Origin: Desulfobacteraceae bacterium
GTDB taxonomy: Bacteria; Desulfobacterota; Desulfobacteria; Desulfobacterales; JAABSP01
Direction of reading: 5' to 3'
Assembly: GCA_011389855.1 (NCBI GenBank)
Contig: JAABTM010000001.1
Location: 7,827 to 71,826 of the forward strand
Length of the DNA: 64,000 nt
The translations under genes and the position numbers were made by a program. Of the stretch, positions 1 through 7,905 are shown piece after piece. How positions within the stretch are numbered: the stretch's first letter is position 1; each line of letters begins with the position of its first letter. The notes below the pieces were generated by a model. It was not told where the DNA came from, searched no databases, and saw nothing but the letters and a program-made list of their open reading frames with translations.

Positions 1-464
1 GGATCGACATTCAAATAGTTGAACTCAATGGCTGCTCTAGAGACGTTTCCCTCTTTTTGCAGCCAGGGACCATCCTGCAAAAAATTTTTCCGGATATCAT
101 CGTGACTGCTGTCTTTTAGGACAAAAACATAGTTAATCCCTACGCCGAGATAGGAAACATGAGGAAGAATGCGCAGGTAATCCATCACCATTTTCGGCAG
201 ATCCCGGTCACAATCGATTTGTTCCGGTTTTCCGGCCCGAATCTGCAATTTGTTCAACTCGACAACAAACTGTACATCGTTTTCATATACGATGTTTGAA
301 AACGGCGGCGTGATAACAATATCCCGGACATTCCAATCTTCAGGCACAATTTGATTTCCGGCGAGAAAATCATGATTCAGCAGTTTTGGATTGTTCCCTT
401 CTGATAACACAACCACGGATGCATCGAGCATTTCAAGTTCCATTGTTTCTCCTGTTCTTTTCAT
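1..464 (-). CDS. hypothetical protein, N-terminal part only (ORF runs off the window start)
   Basis: Absent from the ORF track because it has no stop inside the window. The minus-strand frame is open from ATG at 464 down to nt 1; a second in-frame ATG at 443 is preceded by AGGAGA. Sequence: MKRTGETMELEMLDASVVVLSEGNNPKLLNHDFLAGNQIVPEDWNVRDIVITPPFSNIVYENDVQF... AT-rich relative to the rest of the window. No family recognised. Confidence 0.4.
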   Translation of the reverse strand, partial: MKRTGETMELEMLDASVVVLSEGNNPKLLNHDFLAGNQIVPEDWNVRDIVITPPFSNIVYENDVQFVVELNKLQIRAGKPEQIDCDRDLPKMVMDYLRILPHVSYLGVGINYVFVLKDSSHDDIRKNFLQDGPWLQKEGNVSRAAIEFNYLNVD

Positions 465-491
465 CGTGGCGGTATTTATGCTTTTGATACA

Positions 492-905
492 TCATTTTCG
501 CCTCCGGATCAATATCGCGCCGTTAGCCGCATTGTTTTGGATGGGTGATGGCCGGGTCAATAGCTCCGCCGCCGGATCGATGAGCAACGTATCCGGTTCC
601 ACATCCGCGAAAACCGGGGTTTCGCCCTGATAGACCACGCAGTTGGCCGCGGCCGCAAAGGTCATGAGCGGCACGATCACCTCATCCCCCGGCCCGATGC
701 CCAACGCATACATGGCGCAGTGGCGGGCCGCCGTGCCGCTGGAGACGGCGACCCCATGCGCGCCCCCCACATAGTCGGCCACGGCCCGTTCAAACTCCCC
801 CACCATCGGCCCGGTGGTCAGCCAGTCGGACCGGAGCACTGAGCAGACCGCGGCCACATCCTTTTCGTCGATGGATTGGCGGCCGTAGGGGATGAAGGGT
901 TTTTC
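492..905 (-). pseudogene. DegT/DnrJ/EryC1/StrS (PseC-like) PLP sugar aminotransferase, N-terminal fragment only
   Basis: Part of track ORF 492..1040. The sequence KPFIPYGRQSIDEKDVAAVCSVLRSDWLTTGPMVGEFERAVADYVGGAHGVAVSSGTAA...GPGDEVIVPLMTFAAAANCVVYQGETPVFADVEPDTLLIDP matches the N-terminal third of this family. Similarity ends near nt 560, where GC content drops. The PLP-lysine region and C-terminal domain are missing. Confidence 0.6.
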
Positions 906-924
906 AATCCGGGGCGCCGCTTCT

Positions 925-1174
925 TTTTCACCCTCAAACGGGTTGATGGCCTTTATCGAATCAAACTGTCTGAAATCCTTAATATTGACTGTGTATATAG
1001 TCGGAATCCCATGGTGTTCGAGCGTCTTGGCGATCTGCACTTGGCAATGGCCACGCGCCCGCCGCCGCGCAACCGGGAAAGCAATTCAACCGACTTACCG
1101 GCAAAAGCCGATGACCGATCATGAGGGTAAATCAGGATGTTGGTATCGACTCCTACGGTTTCTATCCCAACCAC
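925..1174 (-). pseudogene. PIN-domain (VapC-like) toxin remnant, frameshifted and shortened
   Basis: Track ORF 953..1174 starts MVGIETVGVDTNILIY (PIN N-terminal DTN motif). After about 45 codons the frame is lost. A PIN-type C-terminus (GIPTIYTVNIKDFRQFDSIKAINPF) continues in the frame of ORF 492..1040 and reads without a stop into the pseC fragment. The total is far shorter than a normal PIN domain. Confidence 0.5.
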
Positions 1175-1446
1175 GGAAACTTTTCCTCCATTCTTTCCTC
1201 GGCGAGTTTTGAATGGCTCAGTTCTTCGGGGTCCTCCGGCACGCCGATGCGCTGTGCATTTTCCATGCGCTCAAGCAGGCGCCTGGCGGCGGGACTCAAT
1301 TCTTTCGGCTTTTTTTCATCGTCTTCCGCGTCCGTTACCATTACACTAACCTTTAATGTCGATCCCACCGCAATGTTTTCAAAGACGCGGGGATCGACCT
1401 TGATGATGTCTTTATCGGTGAGTTCGCCGATGCATTCGATTTCCAT
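1162..1446 (-). CDS. putative antitoxin partner of the PIN remnant
   Basis: 94-aa ORF whose 3' end overlaps the PIN start by 13 nt, the usual toxin-antitoxin layout. It has an acidic middle section. The assignment is positional; I cannot name a family motif with confidence. Confidence 0.4.
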   Translation of the reverse strand: MEIECIGELTDKDIIKVDPRVFENIAVGSTLKVSVMVTDAEDDEKKPKELSPAARRLLERMENAQRIGVPEDPEELSHSKLAEERMEEKFPWLG

Positions 1447-1461
1447 GGCGTCGCTCCTTCC

Positions 1462-1676
1462 TCAAACGTCCAGTTGGCTGATCATATCCCGCATCTCATC
1501 GACGGTCAAGCGCCAGGGGTTGTCGGCGGCACAGACCCCGCATTCCAGATCATCGAACAGCCGCTCCCCGCACCGGCAGACCCACCCGATCCGCTTGCCC
1601 GGATTGCCCGCCGCACCCGCTTCGCCAGCGTCGGCCGCACCTGATCCATCTGCCGGGTCTTGAAGTTTTTTCTCAT
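1462..1676 (-). pseudogene. WbpD-like hexapeptide N-acetyltransferase remnant (copy A) with foreign 5' junction
   Basis: Minus-strand ATG at 1676 gives [20 protein letters not shown], followed by an internal deletion. The other frame continues [48 protein letters not shown], with the stop at 1462-1464. This is a nucleotide-level copy of segments of the wbpD-like gene at 2696-2767 and 2885-2917. Confidence 0.55.
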
Positions 1677-1791
1677 GTATTCACCACGAAGAGCACGAAG
1701 GGGTTAGAGAACAGCTCGTCGTAGTTGAAAAACGGAAACAACCCCTCAAACCCCGCCATCCCCTATCATCCTCACCTCTACCCTCTATTTT

Positions 1792-2130
1792 TTATCCACA
1801 TTGAAAATAATCACAAAACTCTAAATGATAGCCCTCAAAACATTCTTTTTTAAGCGTACCATATTTTTTTAAAACAACATCTTTTGATACAACAAATGTC
1901 TTTCGTATTATTAATTTTGATGTTTTGGGAATATTTCCATGCTCAAAACCATCATTGTCCAGAATAACTTCTCCTGATCTTAAGTTATCAATTTTACTGC
2001 TTATGGGAATAGCAACAAAATCATTATACGGTAAGTTGTTCTTGAAAACCAAAACAGGCCTTTTTTTAGAATTTTTTAAATCACTGAAATAAAATTCACA
2101 TAACACTATATCGGCAACATTTATGTCCAT
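1792..2130 (-). CDS. PemK/MazF-family type II toxin
   Basis: MDINVADIVLCEFYFSDLKNSKKRPVLVFKN...FVAIPISSK...IPKTSKLIIRKTFVVSKD shows the PemK/MazF-like pattern (K-RP-V-L-V, IPISS, distal S-K-hydrophobic). ATG at 2130 is Met10 of track ORF 1792..2157. It lies in an AT-rich insert. Confidence 0.7.
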   Translation of the reverse strand: MDINVADIVLCEFYFSDLKNSKKRPVLVFKNNLPYNDFVAIPISSKIDNLRSGEVILDNDGFEHGNIPKTSKLIIRKTFVVSKDVVLKKYGTLKKECFEGYHLEFCDYFQCG

Positions 2131-2333
2131 ATGTCGTCCTCTGAAGAATCCCGCCATTCCTCAATAGTACCGGCGGAATGATTCGAAAATAAGGTTACGT
2201 CACTATCATGAACGGTGTCATTCTGGGCATGAGCCAAAGGAAAGACCAGTATTTCAACCTCCTGGTTCAAATATTCCTTTGGTATGCGAATATTATAATT
2301 GACATTCGTAGGTCTGATGATTTTTCTTAACAT
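2121..2333 (-). CDS. putative MazE/PemI-type antitoxin
   Basis: 70 aa from ATG 2333 (Met26 of track ORF 2121..2408), preceded by AAGGAG. The stop overlaps the toxin start by 10 nt. The C-terminal tail TIEEWRDSSEDDIW resembles antitoxin tails. The call is mostly positional. Confidence 0.5.
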   Translation of the reverse strand: MLRKIIRPTNVNYNIRIPKEYLNQEVEILVFPLAHAQNDTVHDSDVTLFSNHSAGTIEEWRDSSEDDIWT

Positions 2334-2554
2334 TTTTTGACTCCTTTGTATATGAGTCAGGCTATGGAATACGGCGCCGACGGCTGCTCGGCGGAAGGCA
2401 GAGGGCACAGGACAGAGGGCAGTGTTATTTGGTGGATTGGCTGCGGAATGAAGTGGGATTGTTGATGATGCCGCCGGTCATTCGGCCGATTTCTTTGCAA
2501 TTTTCGGCTTGCTTCAATATTTCCTCGACAAACCAAGTTTCATCTTCCAGTTTT

Positions 2555-3603
2555 TTATAGGCGGCTTTCTCTAAAGCCGATTTTACACATTCCCTTAGCA
2601 TACAGCACCTCAGTGAAAAATGTTTTATCGCTCATATCCACCAGATATCCCACCTTCCGCCCCCGGTACTCCGCCACCAACGCATGGAGCCCTTCCCCGC
2701 ATTCCAAATCATCGGAAAGCCGCTCCCCGCACCGGCGGACCCACCCGATCCGCTTGCCCGGATTCCCCACCACCATTGCATGGTCCGGCACATTGCGATT
2801 CACTACGGCCCCGGCGCCGACAAAGGCATACCGCCCGATGGTCACGCCGCAAACGATGGTGCAGTTGGCCCCCAGCGTCGCCCCCCGCTTAACCAGCGTC
2901 GGCCGCACCTGATCCATCTTCCGGATCTCGGCCCGGGGTTGTAGATGTTGGTGAACACCATGGACGGCCCGCAAAACACCCCGTCTTCCAGGGTCACGCC
3001 TTTGTAAACCGACACATTGTTCTGGATCTTGCAGTTCGCCCCCACGGACACCGACGGGCCGACCACCACGTTTTGGCCGATGTTGCAGTTCTCTCCGATT
3101 CGTGTGTCGCCCAGAATATGCGAGAAATGCCAGATCTTCGTACCGGCGCCGATTTCGACGCCATCGTCGATGACCGCGGTCTCATGCGCGAAATACCTCC
3201 CCTTGGACGATTCGGCTTTTGTCGCCTGGGTCGATATCTCCATGCGCGGATTATCGAGGGTCGCCTGGGCGGACTTCAGGATCTTCAGCACCCGCAGGCC
3301 CTCCCGGCCGTCCGTGACCGGGGCGGCCCCGTTTGCGACGCAGTCCAGGAAATGAACGCATTCGATCTTCAGCGGCTCGGACTGGGGGACGTCCACCCGT
3401 CCCGGCGCCGCCTTGTCCGGCACGGGCATGTTGTTCTCCCACCGGATTTTGTGGGGATAGAGCAGCAGCTTATCCTCCCACGGCAGGGTGTCGTCGAACA
3501 CCGCCATCTTCTCGTTGCCCACCACCACCAGCTTCTGCTCCTTGAAGGGATGGAGCCAGGAAACGAAGATATGGGCATGGAGGCCCGAGGGGGTGTCAGG
3601 CAT
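2555..3603 (-). pseudogene. truncated WbpB-like oxidoreductase C-domain fused to WbpD-like N-acetyltransferase, frameshifted
   Basis: Track ORFs 2842..3603 and 2555..2974 are one reading frame broken at about 2930-2937 ([10 protein letters not shown] / [55 protein letters not shown]). The N-terminal ~110 aa ([19 protein letters not shown]) match the C-terminal domain of a Gfo/Idh/MocA enzyme lacking its Rossmann half. The rest is a left-handed beta-helix acetyltransferase. The native 3' end is replaced by AT-rich sequence from about 2635. Confidence 0.7.
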
Positions 3604-3845
3604 TATAACTTCCTTTTTGCACAGCGTTTTTCAACAGCTCCGCCCTTTCGATTACATGGCGTCGAATCGCGCCCGGCGCGCCCGCGCTGCGTCTTTCCGA
3701 TGCAAAAAGGGATATATCATGCACGGAGGCGGGCATCAAGGGCTAAAGAGGTGTATTGCGGGGGTGGGAAAGGGATGGGGAGGCGGACCTATCGGGCGGG
3801 CGATTTCGGTGCAGCGGTCTTGCGCTGTTGGCCCTAGTGTGGTCT

Positions 3846-3944
3846 CCGCTTCACCAGCGTCGGGCGAACTTGATCCATCTTCCGGGTCTTGAAGTTTTTT
3901 CTCATGTATTCACCACGAAGGGCACGAAGAGCGCGAAGGAATTC
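3846..3944 (-). repeat. copy C of the wbpD-internal segment plus foreign junction with a 9-nt periodic array
   Basis: The minus strand reads CTTGAATTC CTTCGCGCT CTTCGTGCC CTTCGTGGT GAATAC ATG AGA AAA AAC TTC AAG ACC CGG AAG ATG GAT CAA GTT CGC CCG ACG CTG GTG AAG CGG. The junction is the same as at 1617-1701. The last 33 nt copy wbpD codons at 2885-2917. Confidence 0.6.
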
Positions 3945-4107
3945 AAGGGCCTGTATGTGGGTATGATTTAAGCAACGTCCGCGCAATATGGGTGAGTACC
4001 ATAGAATAGCCGGCGGCATTTTTCAAGAAAAGTTTTGAGCGTTAATCGGAAAAGGCATTGAGGAAGGACGGAAAAAGGCGGGGGATGGCAAATGAGGGGG
4101 GCCGGTT

Positions 4108-5250
4108 TTACCGGCCCGGTTTCTTATGATGCGGCAACTGTTTGCCCGCCTCCCCGGTCTGGGCAATTCCCTTGGATATCACCAGCTTCTCCCCCGCCTC
4201 GACGCCGTCGTTGTAGACCTCGGGGTCTTGCCGGACCGGACCTCTATGGATGGAGCGAATGCGGGGGTAGCGGCGGCGGAAATAGCGGTTGAGCTGGGGG
4301 TCGCCGCGGCGGATGAGGGCGCGGGTTTGGGGGGATTCGTCGGCCAAACGGTCCTGGGCGGGTTCGAGTTTGGACTGGAAGCCGTTGATGATGCCCACGG
4401 CGAAGTCGGTTTTGCGGTGTTGGGTCAGTCCCTTGTCTTTGTTGTAGGTCCGCCACTGGGCGTCGATGTAGTGGCGGACAAAGCCGTGGACGTATTCGGC
4501 CATCTCGATGTTTTGGGGCGTCCCGCTGATCTCCAGCACCCGGCCCATCTTGCCTTTTTCCAGGACGTAGGCCGACGTCCAGATCCCTTCCACGAAATAG
4601 AACTCCATCAGCAGGCCGGCCAGGGCGTAGGCGTCCCGGGTGTGGCGAAGGGCCGGCTCGCCCAGGAAGATGCTCAGGAACCGACGCTCCGACTTCCGGT
4701 CGAAGAGGTCGATGTTGTGGCGGGCGATGAGTTCGTGGGCCTTGACCATGGCGGCCTCGGCTTCGTGGGGGTTGGCGCTTTCCGCCAGGGCCAGCAGCTT
4801 TTGGACCCGCTGCATGATCCGGTCTTCCTCGGAATGCTTCCGGTTGAAGACCTGCTCCCGGAAGGACGGATAGCCCCCCGACGCCCGGGGATCGGCCCGG
4901 AGCAGGTCGCAGGCGCTTTGAAAAACCGGGCCGTGGGGATCCTCCCGCCGTCCCGCCAGCATCCGGTGGGCCAGTTGATGGGCCATCTCGTGTTTCAGCA
5001 CCTCGCGGACGCTGTCCCACGGATGGTTGAGGACAAAGGACCGGCTCAACCGGATTTCGTTTTTGCCGGAAGACCATTCCCCCATCTTCCGTTCCATCTC
5101 CCCGAGGCTGAAAAGGGGCTTTCGCGTCAGGAGGAGGCGATGGCGGTCGTCCAGGGTGTTGCGGGCCAGTTCCCATTCCAGGGAGAGGCCGTGGAGGATG
5201 CGGCGCTCCAGGGATTCCCGGAGTCCGTTTGATCGTTTCGGCTTCGTCAT
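4108..5250 (-). CDS. SprT-like zinc metallopeptidase domain / DUF2786 domain protein
   Basis: 380-aa ORF. It has the HEMAHQ zinc-binding motif in an SprT-like N-terminal region. The central KLLALAESANPHEAEAAMVKAHELI is typical of DUF2786. Confidence 0.7.
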   Translation of the reverse strand: MTKPKRSNGLRESLERRILHGLSLEWELARNTLDDRHRLLLTRKPLFSLGEMERKMGEWSSGKNEIRLSRSFVLNHPWDSVREVLKHEMAHQLAHRMLAGRREDPHGPVFQSACDLLRADPRASGGYPSFREQVFNRKHSEEDRIMQRVQKLLALAESANPHEAEAAMVKAHELIARHNIDLFDRKSERRFLSIFLGEPALRHTRDAYALAGLLMEFYFVEGIWTSAYVLEKGKMGRVLEISGTPQNIEMAEYVHGFVRHYIDAQWRTYNKDKGLTQHRKTDFAVGIINGFQSKLEPAQDRLADESPQTRALIRRGDPQLNRYFRRRYPRIRSIHRGPVRQDPEVYNDGVEAGEKLVISKGIAQTGEAGKQLPHHKKPGR

Positions 5251-5264
5251 GGGCTATGGCGATT

Positions 5265-5296
5265 CCGTAGGGGCGAAAAATTTTTCGCCCCTACGG
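5265..5296. repeat. REP-like perfect palindrome CCGTAGGGGCGAAAAATTTTTCGCCCCTACGG
   Basis: A 16+16 nt perfect inverted repeat lies in the 48-nt gap between the OmpA-family gene stop (5299) and the SprT-like gene start (5250). A second copy is at 15608-15635. It probably acts as a terminator or stabiliser hairpin. Confidence 0.75.
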
Positions 5297-5298
5297 TC

Positions 5299-6237
5299 TT
5301 ACCGCATCATGGTTTCGCCCCGGACGCCCTCGTCCAGGATGATGACCTCCACCCGGCGGTTGCGCTGCTTGCCGCTTTCGGTGCTGTTGCTGGCCACGGG
5401 ATAGGATTCGCCGTAGCCCGTAGCGATGATCCGGCCCGGGCTGACGCCCCGGTGGATCAGGGCCATCTTGACAGATTCGGCCCGCTGCTGGGAGAGCCGC
5501 TGGTTGTAGGCCTCGTTGCCCACGCTGTCGGTGTGGCCTTCCACCAGCACGTTCCGGTTGGGATTCTCCTGCAGGAACGCCACCAGGTTCTCCAGGCTCC
5601 GAAGAGCGCCGATCTTCAGTTCCGCGCTGCCGGTGTCGAAGAGCACGTCGCCCAGGGTCAGCACCAGTCCCCGTTCCGTCCGCCTGGCCTGAAGTTCCGA
5701 CAGTTCCTGTTCCAGACGCCGGGCCTCGGCTCTGGCCTGTTCGGCGTGCTGGCGGGCCATATCCGCTTCCTTTTTGAGCTGCTCCGACCGCTCCTGGGCC
5801 AGCGCCACCTCCCTGGCCCGGACCTCGGCCTCCTGCTTCAGCTTCAGGGCCTCCCGGCGGGCCTCGTCCACTTCGCTCTGACGCGCCTCCAGGAGCACCC
5901 GCCGGTTTTCGTTGCTCAGGGATTCCATCCGCTCCTGGGCTTTTTTGGCCTCGGCTTCGGCCATGGCCAGCTCCACCTGGCGCTGAGCCAGGTAGGAGAG
6001 CCGTTCGACCTCGTCTTCATCGTCGGCCTCCTCGGCCTTGTTGAGCATCTTCCGGGCTTCGTGCATCTCCACCGGCGCCTTGGACATCACATCGGGGTCG
6101 GACTCCGCCTTCTGGTAGAGTGACTGGGCCTCCAGGAACGCCGGGTTGGGCTTCTTGGCGCCGCATCCCATGAGAAGGGATCCGGCCGCGAGAAACAGAA
6201 CGATCCACAGGAACCGTAACGAGGATATTTTTTTCAT
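5299..6237 (-). CDS. OmpA-family lipoprotein with N-terminal DUF4398-like and coiled-coil region
   Basis: Lipoprotein signal peptide with lipobox LLMGC. A long Glu/Ala/Arg coiled coil follows. The C-terminal OmpA-like peptidoglycan-binding domain reads VEGHTDSVGNEAYNQRLSQQRAESV. Confidence 0.85.
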   Translation of the reverse strand: MKKISSLRFLWIVLFLAAGSLLMGCGAKKPNPAFLEAQSLYQKAESDPDVMSKAPVEMHEARKMLNKAEEADDEDEVERLSYLAQRQVELAMAEAEAKKAQERMESLSNENRRVLLEARQSEVDEARREALKLKQEAEVRAREVALAQERSEQLKKEADMARQHAEQARAEARRLEQELSELQARRTERGLVLTLGDVLFDTGSAELKIGALRSLENLVAFLQENPNRNVLVEGHTDSVGNEAYNQRLSQQRAESVKMALIHRGVSPGRIIATGYGESYPVASNSTESGKQRNRRVEVIILDEGVRGETMMR

Positions 6238-6273
6238 GACGCTTTCGTCTCCATTTCGTAAGGGGGTTGACGC

Positions 6274-6654
6274 CTATTGCTTCCGTTCGATCTCCTGACG
6301 GAGAGTGTCGACGCTGTCGGACATCTCGTCGGTTAGCCGGCGGGCCTTTTCGGCCCGGGCCTTGGCCTCGGCCACCCTGGCGTCGGCCAGGGCCTCGTCC
6401 GCCTTTTTGTGGGCCGCTTCGTTTTCATCCTCGGCCATGGCCGCCTTGGCCTCCTGGAGCTTTTCCTCCGCCAGCCGCAGTTGCAGGGGCGCGTATTTGT
6501 CCGCCTCGTTCTGGCGGGCCCGCTGGATCATCATCTCCACGTTGGAGATCTTCTCCGTGGGGGGCGGCGTGCCGGCGCAGGCCGCCAGAAACAGGGCGCA
6601 ACAGGCCGTGAGGATCGCCAGCATCCGCACCATAAGAATTCGTCTTTTTCCCAT
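6274..6654 (-). CDS. DUF4398 domain lipoprotein
   Basis: Signal peptide with lipobox LAAC. The helical body (QRARQNEADKYAPLQLRLAEEKLQEAKAAM) is typical of DUF4398. It is paired with the downstream OmpA-family gene. Confidence 0.75.
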   Translation of the reverse strand: MGKRRILMVRMLAILTACCALFLAACAGTPPPTEKISNVEMMIQRARQNEADKYAPLQLRLAEEKLQEAKAAMAEDENEAAHKKADEALADARVAEAKARAEKARRLTDEMSDSVDTLRQEIERKQ

Positions 6655-6715
6655 ACCGATTTTCCCTTTGAATGTTAAGTTATTTCAATAATTTTATACA
6701 ACAAACTGCTTGCAA

Positions 6716-6745
6716 TTTATAGCACAGAGACTAAACAAGTGTCAA
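6716..6745 (-). promoter_or_regulatory. candidate sigma70-type promoter for the DUF4398/OmpA pair
   Basis: The minus strand has TTGACA, an 18-nt spacer, then TATAAA. It sits in the AT-rich 97-nt gap between the HNH gene stop and the DUF4398 ATG. Confidence 0.35.
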
Positions 6746-6751
6746 CGTATT

Positions 6752-7069
6752 TCAGCCATCTCCCGAATCTTCGCCGCCGGCGCCGATCCCCGACAGATAA
6801 GCCTCCCACTCCATGGGAAGAAGCTCTCTTTTCCTGGTGTTGCAGGTCTTGCAGGCCGGGACGAGGTTGCCCTTGACGGACCGTCCGCCCCGGGACAGGG
6901 GGACGATATGATCCATGGTGAGATCCCTGGGGGACGTGGAACGGCCGCAGTAATGACAGACGCCCCGGTCGCAACGGCGCTTCCACCACTGGGACCCCCG
7001 CAGATCCCGGGCCCGGGACCGTTCCCGCTTCAGGTCTTCTTCTTCGAGATGAAAGGAAAAGGGCGTCAT
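6752..7069 (-). CDS. HNH endonuclease
   Basis: 105 aa with CHYCG...DHIVPLSRGG...NLVPACKTCN (HNH/Zn-finger signature). Its ATG overlaps the upstream stop (ATGA). Confidence 0.8.
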   Translation of the reverse strand: MTPFSFHLEEEDLKRERSRARDLRGSQWWKRRCDRGVCHYCGRSTSPRDLTMDHIVPLSRGGRSVKGNLVPACKTCNTRKRELLPMEWEAYLSGIGAGGEDSGDG

Positions 7070-7905
7070 CCGATTCGCTTTATTCGCCGGACCCAGGATT
7101 CGATCTCCGCCAGCAGGAGGGGATAATACCCCTCGGCGCCCCCCAGGCCCCGGCGTCCGAAAAAATAATTGATCTCCAGAAAAAGCGGCCGGCCGTCGGC
7201 GGGATCGAACAGGAAATCGAACCCGGCCAGATCGATGCCTGTCGCGCGGCAGAACCGTTTGGCCTCTTCCACGGCCCGGGCCTGGAGATGGGGATCGGCG
7301 TCCGGATCGATCCGGGCCCCGCCCCGGACCCCGGAACCGAATCCCGCCGAGGACGACCCGACCCGCCAGTAAGACCGGAATGTCGCCCCGATGACCGCCA
7401 CCCGAAGAGCCCGGTCTCCCGGCGGCACGAAGGTCTGAAGAAGAAACCCCGTCTGGCCGGTCTCCTCATAGGCTTCGGCAAGGGCCGTCAGTTCCGCCAG
7501 CCGTTCCGGGCCGTCCGCCAGAAAGACCGTCTCTCCTTCCCCGCCCCAGGCGAATTTGAAAACCAGGGGATACCCGATGGCCGGATCGTCCGGCGCGCCG
7601 TTGTGCCGCGTCCTGAATTCGGCGACGGATTCAAAGGTCTCGGCGGGCGGGTGGTCGGCGCCGGCGTCCCGGAACAGGCGAATCTGGTCCGGCTTGCGGG
7701 GGTAGCGGAACCGGGCGTCGTAGTTGGGAAACACATGAGCGCAGTTTTCCCGGGCCATACGGTAGAGGCGCTCCCGGCACGCCTGGGGCAGGACCACGGC
7801 GTCGGCGGCCCGGATGGCGGCCAGCTCTTCCGGACCCGGATCGCGCCCCGCGCAGATGCGGTAGTCGTCGCCTTCATACAGCGGGTGGAAGGAGAGGACC
7901 TTCAA
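7066..7905 (-). CDS. ATP-grasp domain protein
   Basis: 279 aa with an ATP-grasp-like C-terminal half (YPLVFKFAWGGEGETVFL...FLLQTFVP...DFLFD...PLFLEINYFFG). The TTG start overlaps the era stop (TTGA). Confidence 0.7.
   Translation of the reverse strand: MKVLSFHPLYEGDDYRICAGRDPGPEELAAIRAADAVVLPQACRERLYRMARENCAHVFPNYDARFRYPRKPDQIRLFRDAGADHPPAETFESVAEFRTRHNGAPDDPAIGYPLVFKFAWGGEGETVFLADGPERLAELTALAEAYEETGQTGFLLQTFVPPGDRALRVAVIGATFRSYWRVGSSSAGFGSGVRGGARIDPDADPHLQARAVEEAKRFCRATGIDLAGFDFLFDPADGRPLFLEINYFFGRRGLGGAEGYYPLLLAEIESWVRRIKRIG

Noticed and set aside
2425-2601. Possible 58-aa ORF ([58 protein letters not shown]) in the AT-rich insert. I considered it as a fragment of a helical-bundle or HEPN-like protein.
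   Set aside because: It has no clear RBS, I can name no diagnostic motif, and it overlaps the tail of the wbpD reading frame. It is mentioned only as something to test.
3834-4019. 61-aa [64 protein letters not shown].
   Set aside because: It is composed of the 9-nt periodic array plus the copied wbpD segment. I interpret it as a junction scar rather than a gene.
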